Position numbers and translations under genes: made by a program. A DNA stretch of 63,429 bases, the filler included, from Welwitschia mirabilis (taxonomy: Eukaryota), in the NCBI GenBank assembly GCA_051453625.1. It is 5 parts of one record of this genome, joined end to end, with 100 filler letters (N's around TTAATTAATTAA, not from the genome) between each part and the next. Parts side by side here need not be neighbours in the genome. Positions count along the whole stretch, not along the records: positions 22,994 to 49,586 come from JBOZIK010000001.1; 4 more parts are not named here. One strand, given 5' to 3'. Below, piece after piece: positions 27,451-40,900 of this stretch (within the stretch, counting starts at the first letter, position 1; each line of letters starts with the position of its first letter). The notes below the pieces were generated by a model. That model did no database searches. It saw nothing but the letters and a program-made list of their open reading frames with translations, and was not told the origin of the DNA.

Positions 27451-29759
27451 AATCTCTAGTGGTAATAATTGGCTTACCTTCTACTCTATTACCTTTTACT
27501 CTACCTTAAACTATCTTACTTGACATGTGTATGACCTAATTAGTAATAAACATGAGATCAAATGAAGATAACTAAAATGTACCTCGTGCAAACTTTAAAT
27601 GATCTCATAAATTGGTCGTTTCCCATTTCCCTTTCTAAAGAGTATTGATATGTATCATGTTATCTAATCATGCAAAGAAAAATGCAAAATGTGAGAACAC
27701 ATCAAAATGTGTAAAACTAGTGGGCCCCAAAGAAGGTAAAAAATGAAAGTAGTTAAATAAAAAATCTAATCTCGTAGAATCATAGAGATTATTGTACTGA
27801 TAAATTTCCCCTAAAGGACTACTTAATTTTGGCTTGTAGTTTTCAAAATAATTAGGGTTAAAGCTAAAAACCTAATTCTACCTTATAAAGTACACAATTT
27901 CATAAAGCTCATAAAACATGTGGTGAAAATTGGATCTATAAGTATCAAATTAAAGAACATGAAAAATTGAATGATATATATGAAAACTACATGCTAAAAG
28001 ACTTAAAAATGGGACAAAAAATTAAAAATAATGAGGGATAGAAAGACATACCTCATTTTAAAAAAATTCTTTCAAAACTTACTATCTGATGTACTAATCA
28101 GATGGGGGAAATTTAAAATGTCAGTAGGCACTAGAGTGATAGTTATCTCTCAAAGGAATAAAGGAAAATTATAGATAAATGGGGAAAAATAATTGAAGAA
28201 GAAGAATCACAACCATAATTTTATCATACTATCATCTAGTTATGTTATCTAAATGACAGCCTAGGATAACTCTTAGAAAGATGTCATCTATTGTTTGTCA
28301 TATCATCTGGATGACCTATGGATAATAAAACTTTAAAAAGTTTTAGAAACATAAAAATATTAGCTAAATAAGTTAGGCTTAAATACTAGCATGAACATAT
28401 TATATTTTATCAAAAAACTCAAAAAATAGTAAATGATGAAGAATCATGATGAATGAGGATAATTAAGAATTCTCAAAGGAATCAAAAGATAGGGTGATAA
28501 AAAATGCACTAGGTAAGATGAAGCCTAATAAAGAAACAAAAAAAATGTACCCAAACTTAAAATATAATCATGAAAATATGTAAAACTCTAAAAAACGCAA
28601 AGAAATATCATAAAAATTATAAATAAATCATCTAAGAGTAAGAGAAGATCATATAATTATAATGCTAAAAGGAAGTTAACATTTATTGATAAAACAACAC
28701 AAGTGAAAAAAATAATAACAATAAAATTTTTGAATAATAAAGTTCTATAAATGATGATTAAAAAGTATAGAAAATACTTTAAAATTATAAACTAAGGAAC
28801 CAAAGTAAAATATAATGAAAATGGATACTAGGACTATGAAGAAGATAGCTTACCTATCCTAAATTCTAACCAAGTAAATTCCTTCAAAAGACATCATAAA
28901 CCCACCTAAATAAAGATGCATAGTAAAATGTATTAAATCTATAAAGTTCCATTTGAAAATAGCAGTGATTATAATAACACCAAAGATCAAGTGCTCAAAA
29001 CAATGAATGATAAGATCAAAAGCTCTTAAAAAATGATCTTAACCATTCACACCTCAAAATACATTTGAATCCTCAGAAGTAAAATGATCATGTGGGAATT
29101 CTAATAGTTTAAAAAATAAGAAATGCATCTAATAATACTAAGAACACCATTGATTCCATATTATTAAAGTTTTATTACTACTTTTCATATTGAGGGGAGT
29201 GCATCCACAATTAGAGAAGTAAAGACCTATGAAGCATGGCAAATTGATCCCTACTAGAGTTCCCGTAGCTAACTACATTAATAAAGGTTCCTTTTAAACA
29301 AATTCACTTTAGTATAATAGGACATCATGGTAACCATGTATTTTAGCATATATATAATAGATAATAGTAATTATTCTCTTTTTATTTTTCTTTTTTTTTT
29401 TTGTACACAAATAATTCCCACATGATCACACATTCAAAAAGATGAAGGTAAGAAGTAAAATAAAAGATTAAAAAAAACACATCTAAATAACTAAAAACCT
29501 TACATTGTTGAAAATAAAAATAAGAACCAAGGTATATTCATTTAAAGTAAAGCTCATAGACATGTGAATGTATTAAAATTAGGTGTATCTAATATTATCA
29601 CTATAAAAATTCCCAAGTATAAATATTATTTATGGAAGCTTTATAAATTCACACTGCAACATAAATACATAAGTCAAGTTAAAGCTAATCAAGTGATATC
29701 ATAACATTTACTAAATAATAAGCTAAGAGAAAATTTAGATAATGATAAAGGGGGAGTCC

Positions 29760-32700
29760 TTCCCATTGAGGAAAACCTTCAAAATAATTGTTTCTATCAT
29801 GTTTAAGGTTGTATCAAAAAGTTTTTAATATATTTATAATCTTTTTCCATTAACTTTTTAAATCTTCTTAGTGTCAAAGTCATAAATCTCAACATAGCCA
29901 TTAGAATTTTCTTTCTTTATAATATAAGAACATAACCATTTATAGGTCAACTTGTAATGTAAAAGATGTACTCTAGTGTTGTATAAAAGAATAAGTTAGC
30001 TAGGTTTAAACTTTTTATGAAGTAATTTTTTTTATCATGCATAAACTTATCTTTGTAAATGTATTGATGACATATAGCATGTGTATATTTTTTAGATAAA
30101 TGATTAAGTTGAGATAATCTATTTTTAATATTTTTGTAAAGGTCTACAAGATTAAGTTAATAAGAGAATTATAAGAGTTATAACACACATCAACTAGTAA
30201 AACACAAACTTTTTTGTACACAAGTTCATAAGGTAAAAAAAAGAGAATTATATCAAGTAGTATGGTAATCTTAAAGAACATAACTAATTTTAAAAGACCA
30301 AGATTTCTTATTAATAGAGATAGATTTTTAAATAATTTTATTAATTTATTTATTTACATTTTTATCTTAACCATTAATTTGTGGATGATAAGAACAAGTT
30401 GCTCTATGTTTAATTATAATGAATAAAAGAAGTTTCTTAAAACATTTATTAATTAAATAAGTTTTATAATCATTAATGATAATTATAGGAAAAGAAAACA
30501 TTAAAAAATATGAGTTCTAATAGAAGTACAAATAGTTTAGATATCATTCATAATAGTAATAATAACTTTATCTCATTTAATAACATAATTAACAAACATT
30601 GAATTGTATTATTATCATTAGAAGTTGGCTTAATAGGGCCTATAAAATTAATTTTCTAATAATCCAAAGGTTTACATTTAAGAATATCTTTAAGAAGTAT
30701 ATCATGAAAATGAATAAGGCTATCATAACATTGATAAAAATCACACCTTCTATTAAAATCGAAAAAGTCCTAAAAAAACTAGGCTAATAAAAACTAGAAT
30801 GAAGAATTTTCATTTCTATTTATTTTTTACTAAAATAATATCTACAAATATTGCCATGATAAAGATAGATAATGTTTAATATTTCCCATTCAAGCACACA
30901 TTTTCTTATAATTTAATATTTTCACCTATAATAAAGATGTGATTCTATCCATTTGTTATCAGTTATTTTATGGAGAAAATACTTTCTTTAATTATGAATA
31001 TAATCTATGATGTCTTCATGGTAATAATATAATTAAATATGTTATCATACCAAGAAGGAGGATAAGTAGAAGATATGATAAAAAGTTATTCATCTAGAAA
31101 AAAATCATCAATCATAAGATCATTAATAGAAGAAGAAAGAGATAACAAATGATCTACTATACTATTATGCTTTACTTCTTTATTAACAATGGTAAGAATA
31201 AATTCTTACATGAGAAGAATCCATCTAATGAGTCTAACACTAGAATCTTTCTTGATCATGAGGTATTTAATGGCTGCATGATTAGTATAATAATTTGTAT
31301 AAAAATCTAAAATATAGTATCTAAGAGTGTTAAGGAAAAAGATTATGACTAACATTTCTTTCTCAGTAGTAGTAAAATTTAATTGAGATTTTGATAAAAA
31401 CATTTTCATGCTTTTGTTCAAGAGCCCCATCCATGGCAATATTATAGCATCATATATTAACTCAAAATATTTATTACAATTAGGTCCCATTACAATAGGT
31501 ACAAAAGAGATTTTATCTTTAATTACTTTAAAAGTAAGCTAAAAAGATTTATTTCATTCAAATTTTATGTTTTTTAAGGTAACAATGAATGGATTTATAA
31601 ATGTTACTATAATCTTGAATAAAATTATGATAAAAACTATAGTAACTAAAGAAAAATTGAACTTGTTTTATATTTATTAGAGAAGTTATATTTTTAATGT
31701 GAGGGTCCATTCTAATCCTCTTACTAAAAATGTGATGATCTAAGACAATTCTATTATTAACAAAAAATAAAATCTTCTTTCAACTTAATAGGATACTCTT
31801 AATGCATCTATGATAGACTTTCTCTAAAGTCTCTAAGATTTGTTTAGAATTTTAATCATAGATTGAGAAGTTATTTATAAAAATTTCAATTTAATTTTAT
31901 AACGTATTAAAAAATATATCCATCATTGGACTTTGAAAAGTACTAAGAGCATTAAAAAGTCCAAAAGAAATGCATCTAAAAGAAAACATTCCAAAAGGTA
32001 AAGTAAAAGTTATTTTTGCTTAATCCTCACTAGCTATACAGATCTAATTATAATTATCATACCCATCAAGAATGGAATAAAAGACATGTCCTTGGATTAT
32101 ATAAAGCATCTAATCAAGAAAAGATAAAGAGAAATATTCTTTCATTGTTACTTCATTTAGATTTTTTGAATTAATACACATTCTTGATTTTCCACTTTTC
32201 AGAGGAACTACTAACAAAGGGCTAATTCACTCATTATCATATATGGCATAAATAATTATAGCATCCATTAATTTAATGATTTCATCTTTTATGACTAATT
32301 TAAGGACTAGATTTAGTCTATGTTGGGGTTCAATAATAAGTGTTTCATTATTCTCAAGATAAATTCTATGTTAAACAATATAAGTAGGAATGATTATTAC
32401 ATTTTTATGGGTATAAGCAAATGAATTGACCTTATAATTTAAAATTAAGATATAATTGATTATTATTGAGGGAAAATATTCTTATTTATTATCAACGATT
32501 TATTCTGACACAAAAAGATATATTTCAGTCCACTAGGTAAATCTTTTAGATTTAAATTTAGGATTGTAGTTTCTATTAATTTTTTTTTATCAGAGTTATT
32601 TATCATCTTAGGTCATTATTTAAATGATAAGGATGGACAACTTCTCTTAAAATATAAAACCTCAACATTTTTTATATGTTGAACTTTTGCATAGATTATA

Positions 32701-34591
32701 GTTTTATTTTCTCCACTTTCCTAATCAAAATAGTCTATTCGTAAATGCTCATAGTTGAGTTGATCATCATCAAAAGCTTTTAAGTTCTTATTTCAGATGA
32801 ATCATTATATGAAGTAGGTTTTTAAAGCATTAACTATCTCTCTTTAAGTGTACAATGTTGTAAAAATAGCATTGGCTTAATTTCTCCTTCAGTATTCAAC
32901 TTATCATCTAAGACCTTTTTAGAATTATAAAAACTCTAATTTTAAACATTTTGTTTTCTAAGTGACATTCCATTATTTTAATTTTTGTATTAATAATATA
33001 ATAGACTATTGTACAAAATGCTCTACCTAGAAGTAGTGGATAAACTCTATTATCCTTAACTTCAATCATAATTATATCTACTAGATAGAATTATTCTTTA
33101 ATTTGTATCGTCAAATTTTTATTATCTCTAAAGATATCTCAATTAATGTTTTTGCTAATTTCGAGATAATATGTGTAGGCTTAATTCTACTTTTCAAATC
33201 AAGTCATTGATAAATGTGTAAAATCATAATGTTAGTATTGATTTTCTACCAATTAATTAAGGCTTCTTTATTCTTTTATTTCTTTCTAAAGTGATATTAA
33301 CTATTAGTACTCCTAGATCCTTAAATTTTATACATTTTTACAAAACCAAGTTGTTTATAGATTGAGATAGGAATATTCTACTAGGTATGGTTTATTTTTG
33401 TTTCCTCCTTATTAAATATTTTTATAACTTAGAATATTTATGATTTTTTTACAAGAGTCTCTAAAATGATAAATTTATTTTCACATTTTATATTAAGGCT
33501 TTAAAATGATCATCAAAGGTAGGATTGATATTTGATCTATCAAGATAAGTGTTAGTAAGTTTCTTTTCTTTATCTTGAAAAGTATTTTTCTTATTAATCT
33601 TATCACTTAAAGGAGAAAGGAAAGTATGATTTTCTAATATTTCAATATCCTCTTTTTCTTCATCATTCTTATCATTTATAAAAGTTGAAATCTCATGGGT
33701 AGGAGGTGTTATTTCATTTTCATTTCTTGATATAATCTTATAGTATTTTCTTACTTTATTAATATTTGGTAAATGTTATAATGCAAGTGATCCCTATGGT
33801 CTTTGATTTGCAAGCATAGTTTGTTAAAAAACATTAATAAGATTTTCAATGTTCGAATTTATCTTCTCTTGAGATTTTTTAATTCATTAATGGAATTGAT
33901 AAGTGAATCATTTTGATTTTGAGAATCTAATGTCTTGCTTGACAATTTGAGTTACATGATTGGAAGTTTGAGTTTTTTGTATTTGAAAGTTAACATTATT
34001 AAATATATTTCTAAGTAGTTGAAAATTTAAATTATTTGCTTAAAAGTTCTTCAATTTATTTTCAGTTATTTTTGCTTCTAAAATCATTTGAATATATTTT
34101 TTCAATGTTACTATGAAATATTTAATGACATTTTTTTATTCTTTTTTTATTTTAACTTCCTTATTTTCTTGTTTTATTTATTTAAGATCTTTTATGATTT
34201 GATCTACAATACCTTTTTCTTTAGATGTTGGTTTAGGTAATGTTTAACTTACTTTCATTAGTTATTCCAACAACCTCCATGTATTTTCTAAAATGATATT
34301 CATTAAAATTTTACTACATGAAAAATTTATAAGTTATTTTATTTGGCTATTAAATTCATTATAGAAATAATCTACTAATTCGTCTTGAGTGAATGCATTT
34401 ATAGGATTAGAGTGTATTGTAATAACAAATCATTCATAAGTCAAGTCATAATCTTCATTATGTTTTATTGAATATTTGTTAGCTCTTTCTTTTTTTTCCC
34501 TAATTGATTTTTCACTAATAAATCTTTTTATAAAGGATTTTCAACTTGGTTCTATGTTTTTAAGATTTTATGAGGAATAGTTCTCAACCAT
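29760..34591 (-). pseudogene. gag-pol: Element C gag (3' part), protease, RT, RNase H and integrase, heavily degenerate
   Basis: RNase H ORF SQLNFTTTEKEMLVIIF...YTNHAAIKYLMIKKDSSVRLIRWILL. RT reads IEIFINNFSI (FMDD decayed) at ~31865-31890. Colinear with B pol. Confidence 0.88.
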
Positions 34592-35953
34592 TATTATAGC
34601 GTGAATTTATGCAATCTAGAAGTACTTTAGGTAAACTTGTAAATCATATAATTTATAGAAAACACATGCTAGTATAGACAGGACTTCACCCGAATGTCAT
34701 AATCTAATGAAGGTACTAGGTGTAGAGTTAGAGAATTAATTTTCCAAGGCATTTTTAGTATTTTGTCTTATAAAAAATGGAAGGAAGTAAACAACTAAAT
34801 GTAATGCAAGATGAATGAATATGAAACGCATTGAATGGAAATGAATTCTACTTAGATTCTAGTTCTTTTATCATAAGAACTACTTTTTCAATAACTTATA
34901 TCAATTAAGAATAGTATCCACTAATTCTTAATCCACATAAAGTATGAAATCTATTTAAGTAAGATAAGAACTGCAATATGGAATGAAATGGAAATTCAAT
35001 GTAAATCTACTACTAACTCAGGTCAATCTTAATAAAGGTTTCCCTTATGATCTAAATAAATCACAGATTTATCACTTAACTATGACCAACTTAAACCATA
35101 AGGGACATTCATAGAATTGAAATGAAAAGGAGAAATTGTTAAACTTGAAGAGTATTCAAAGCATAACATCCACTTACAATTAGAACAACAGCACCTCAAT
35201 GGAAGAGACTCAGCCTAACACCAAGGAGACTCCTTTCTATAGTACTGGATGGACCCCTTGTCCTTTAATCCTCTATCACAAGTATAGGGTATAAAAGATG
35301 GAGTAGAAATGAAGGACTGGAAGGGTATTTATATTTTTTCATTTGAGGATTTAAAAGAAAAATCCTAAAGGTGGGGGAAAAATTCCTAGCAACTCATATG
35401 GGTTTTTTGACTCCATTTAAAAGAATATTTTTCCTGAACATGTAAAACCAGTTGTCATTATAGCTATCATGGGGACGACAGGGGGGACAATGCCATGTGC
35501 CACCTGCTTCCATGTGTTCCATGTGATGCTGTCAGCCTTGTAGCTTTTTTATTCAGGTTAGTGGTGTTATTGTCTTACATGTCATAGGATCAACATAGGA
35601 AACGGTGCCATTCTCCATGTACTACATGTACTACTACCTGTTATTAGCATCGCAACCTATGTCCATGTCAACAGTGTCATATCCTATCTGTCATGGAAAT
35701 GAACAAGGGAAATATGGTCTTCTTTTTCTTCAATTTCCAAGATAAGTTAGTTTTTTAGAGCACAAGGTCCTTCTTTCAAATATGTAATATCAGAATAGGA
35801 CTAAGAAACTGCCAAAAAATGCTAAGAATCACATGTTTTACTGATCATCCTATTAGATCTTTATAGTCATCAGTATGACATCAAAACCTATATGAATGTC
35901 CTATAAAAATACTAAAATACACTATCAAATTCCTACAAATTAGCATTGTAAGA
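34592..35953 (-). repeat. 3' LTR of element B
   Basis: Direct repeat of 43943-45306, flanked by the TSD on the left and the PPT on the right. Confidence 0.95.
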
Positions 35954-35970
35954 TATCCCTCTACTTACCC
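35954..35970 (-). promoter_or_regulatory. Polypurine tract of element B
   Basis: Minus strand GGGTAAGTAGAGGGATA adjacent to the 3' LTR. Confidence 0.8.
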
Positions 35971-37929
35971 TTGTCAGTTCTTAACAAAATAAGTAATCAA
36001 CTAGATTATGAGCTAATTTAACTAAGATAACAATAGTGCTTGAAAGGATGTAAATAGAGTTCATATAATCATGTAAGAAAATGGTATCATCAACAAGTAT
36101 TTAATACAAGTGTTGAAGAATTTTCCTAAGCCCCCTACTTAAGCATGTTACTATAGAATAAATGAATGTGATACACATACAGAAATCATAAAAATGTAAC
36201 TTTAATGGCTCAAATAAAATTGTTATGCATTTTACATAAACAATGATAAAGGACTATCATAATAGGATTAAGCAATTCTATTTCTTAGGAAATGATGTCT
36301 TCAAATTTATTAGTATCATCAAAAAGGCAAAGGACAAAAGTAGATATAGCATAATTCAGATGATCTAAAAACATGGCTATGGAAAAACATGTGAGAGTAC
36401 TACTAGATCCTGTAGGATAAAGTTTATAAATTCTCCAAAAAAAAAATTATTCAAATAACATGAAAACTTATTCAAATAATCCATCATAAAGTTAGATCAT
36501 GAAAGCCTAGAAATTAAAAAACTTATGTTGATAAGTATAGATTAAAACTCAAAAAGATGTCCTACCCCCTGCCTCATAGGAGAAGCAAGACACCCTAAAC
36601 TGCACCATGAATAGAAGAGAAGTGTTGTCCTCTATGTTATGAGGATAACAGACGTGGGACAACAATTATCAAAACAACTATTTAAATAGGAAGGTGAAAC
36701 TAGAAATTTCTAGAAAACTAGAAAATGTAAAAAATAATAGAAAGAAGATAGCAACCAAAGAAAAAGTGAAGAATCAACCTAAAAAACAGCCACATAGTGA
36801 AGAGGGAAAAGGTGATAGTAAAGGAAAATGAACTAAATGGGAATAAGTAATGCTTAAAGATACCTCAGATGTTCCCAAATGCATGAAATACTAGAACTCA
36901 TCAGGTCATAGAAACCTATTAGAAAGAAATAATAATTCTTTAGAAAACATTATGAATAAAGAACAATAAACTAGAAAATTATTAGATCCATAATATAATG
37001 CTAAAAAAGTATGAAAAATTACTTTGAAAATCCAACCAAACAACTAAAGAAAAACAAAAATGAAAATGAATAACTAGGGACATGAAGAAGATTACTTTAT
37101 TAGTCTAAATACTAACCTAACAAATTCCTATAGCAATAATTACCAAATCACTTGATAATGATGCATGACATAATGTAAAAAAATCATAAAGTTCCACTCA
37201 AATAGGTAATGATTATGATGATGTCAAGAATGCTAATGTTATCAAACAATGAATGTAAGATATAAGGATATCTTTTAAAATAGAAACTTATAAGCTACCA
37301 TATAAAAACAAGTACTAGAATCCATAAAGTAGAATGATCATGTGGAATTACTAATAATAAATGAAGAAAAGCAATTTATTTTCCATAATGAGGGGAATGC
37401 AACCACTATTAGAGGAGTAAGAACCCACACAACATGACCAATTGACCCCTCAGTGGAGTTTCCATAGCTATCAATATGTACCCCAGTACACTTGTAGTAG
37501 GACATCATGATTACCATGTTTTAAAGATATAACATGAAAAAGCATGATTTTTGTTCTGCATCTCTTCTCTTCTTCTTCTTCTTCTTTTTTGTTTTTAAAG
37601 TATCATGCCACATGATCATGTACTTATAAGGATAAAAGTAAAAGAATGAGATGAGTAACAAAGTAAAATCCTATAAGAATAACTAATTTACTTACATCAT
37701 TGAAAGAGAATAAAAGAACAAATGCATCTTCTTTCTAAATGAAGTTCATAGATATATGAATGTTTGAAAATTAGATGAAGCCAATTTTATAATTGAAAAT
37801 GCCTAAGTAAAATATTCCTAAACATGGAAACTTTATAAGTAAATACATATGTCAAGTTAAAGATATTTAAGTGATAACATGATGTTTACCTAAGGAATGA
37901 GTTAAGAAAGAATTTAGATGATGGAAAAA

Positions 37930-40900
37930 TGAAGGTCCTTCTTATGAAGAGGGCTTCCAAATAAGTGCCTCTATCCTGTTTAAGGTTTCATCAGGAGATG
38001 ATTCATAAGGTTTTAACATTTATCCATTAACTTTTTAGATTTCTCTAGTATTTAGATCAAAGATTTCAACTGAGATATTTAAGTGTACTTTTTCTATAAG
38101 ATAAGGATCTAACCATTCAGAAGTTTATGTAAAATGCATATGCAGGTGTTATATAATAGGACAAGTTAGCTAGATTTAAACTATTTATAGTTAGTCTTTT
38201 TATCATGTCGAAACTTGGCCTGAGTTTATGAATGAGTTAATGATGTAAGGCATGACTATATTTTTTCATCTAAATGGTTGAGTTGGGCTAGATAAATTTT
38301 AAGATTTTCATTCAAATCAACAAGGTTAAGTTAATGGATGGATCAATAAGAATTATAGCAAACTGTAACACATACAATTTGCCATACATAAGTTCATAAG
38401 GTGAAAAACCTAGAGAGTTATGCCAAGTAGTAAGATAAGCCCAAAAAACATGATTAAGTTTAGAGGACCAAGTATTTCTATTAATAGAGACTAATTTTAA
38501 AGCTTTTTCTTAAATTATTTATTTACATTTTTAGCTTAACCATTGGTTTGAGGATGATACATACAAGTAATTCTATGTTCAACACTAATGGATAAAAAAA
38601 GTTTTCAAAAGAGGTGATTAATGAAACGAGTTCCTTGATCACTAATGATAATTCATCAAAAATCAAATCATTAAGAAATATGAGTGTAAACAAAGTTGCA
38701 CATGGTTCGAACATCATTTTTAGTAGTTGAAACAACTTCAACTGCCTTACTAACATAATCCATAGCTACTAAGATATAATTTTTCTCATTGAAAGGTGGT
38801 GTAATTGGGCCTATAAAATCGATTCCCCAATAATCAAAAGATTCACATTCAAGTATGGGTTTAAATGGCATGTCATGAGACTGATTTAGGCTACCACAGG
38901 TTGACAAACATCACACTTCTTAGAGAAGTCAAATGAATCTTTGTAAAGAGTAGGTCAATAAAAGCCAGAGTGAAGAATTTCTATAATGGTTTTTTGGCCA
39001 CTAAAGTATTCTTTAAAAACTCCACCATGATAAAATTTTAAGATTTCTAATGTTTCCCATTAGGGCATACATTTATTCATAATTTTATCTTTGTCACATT
39101 TATAAAGATAAGGCTCATTCCATTTATAGTCATCAATACTATGGAGAAAAGTTTTGCATTGATTATGGTTCCAATGCTGAGGAGTTTTCATAGTCATAAG
39201 GTAATTCACGATATAAACATACCAAGAAGCAAGATGAACAAATGAGATAGCATAAAGTCATTTAATTGCAAAGAGTTATTCATTAAGAAAAGAGTCATTA
39301 ATGGGAGTCTCATCATGGGAGAAAGAAAGTCAAAAAAGATGATTAGAAATACTATTATGTTTTCTAACCTTATTAATAATGGTAATATTAAATTCTTGTA
39401 TTAAAGGAATTCACCTAATAAGTCTGGCACTTGAATCTTTCTTAGTCATAAGATAGTGAATGGTAGTATAGTCTATGTAAACATTGATATGAAAACCAAG
39501 AAGATAATGTTGAAGATGATCTAAGCAAAATATAATAGCAAGCATTTCTCTCTCAATGGTAGTGTGGTTTGATTAGGTACTTGACAAATTTTTCTTAAGA
39601 TAAGATATAAATTTAGAACCATTTTCATATTTTTGACCAAGAACCCCTCCTACAGTAATGTTTCTTACATCATACATAAGTTTAAATTTTTTATTTCAAT
39701 AAGAAACTAGGATAATAGGTTTAAAAGAAATGTTTGTCTTAAGGATTTCAAATGCAAGTTGGCATGAATTAGTCCACTCGAATTTAACATATTTTTCAAG
39801 TAAGAAGTAAAGAGATTTATAAGTTTTTGCATAGTCATGGATGAATTTTTGATAAAACTTGACATGTCCAAGGAAAGATATAATGTATTTAACATTAGTT
39901 AAAGGGTTAAGGTTTTTAATGACATCTACTTTTTTAAAATCCATTATAATCCCTTCTTTTTGAATGTAATGATCTAAAACAATTTCATATTAGACAAGGA
40001 GAAAACTCTTTTCCCAACTCAAATGTAAGCTACTTTTAATACATTGATCTAGAACTTGTTCTAATTTTATTATATTTTATTCAAAAGTATCACCAAAGAT
40101 GGAGAAGTCATCCATAAATATTTCAATAGAGTCTTCTATCATATTAGAAAAGATTTCCATCATGGCCCTTTGAAAGGATTCAAGGGCATTATAAAGTTCA
40201 AAGGGCATTTGTTTAAAGGCAAAGGTTGTAAAGGGAGACGTAAAAGTAGCTTTAGCTTGGTCTTTACTTGTTATGAAATTTTTATTATAGCCACTATACC
40301 CATCAAGAAGAAAATAGTAGGTATAACCTTAGATTTTATCAAGAACATAATCAAGAAAGGATAAAGGGTAATGATCTTTTTTAGTAACCTCATTAAGTTT
40401 CATAAAATTAATGCACATTCTCTATTCCCCATCCTCCTTTTGTGGAACTACTATTAAAGAACTGATACACTCACTATTAGCTATGGCATATATAGTTCTA
40501 ACATCCATAAGTTTAATGATTTCATCTTTGACAATTTATTTAAGGATTAGATTTAGTATTCTTTAGGGTTGTCTAACAGGTTTAGCATTATCTTTAAGAT
40601 AGATTTTATATTAAACTATGGAAAGAGGAATGACATCTAAGTCTTTATGTATCCAAGAAAAGGCCTTTTTCTTTGATTTTAAAAGTGAGATCAAATCAGA
40701 CTCTTGTTGAGAAGTAAGAAGGTCACTGATTATCAAGGGTTTCATTTTATTTCTAGAAAGAAAAATGTATTTTAGACCTTAGAATAATTTCTTAAGCTCA
40801 TGGTTGATATGCTGGGCTATCGTCTCATCTGTCATGAGGATGATAGATGTGGAATGATACTCTTCAAAAAAGTTTTCTATTGCTCAAAGATGTTGAGCTT

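Noticed and set aside
37380..37520. Hammerhead ribozyme or U1 snRNA resemblance in the conserved block
   Set aside because: Only short partial matches (TGATG..GAAAC, GGGGTCAAT). There is no complete CUGANGA core or U1 5' end.
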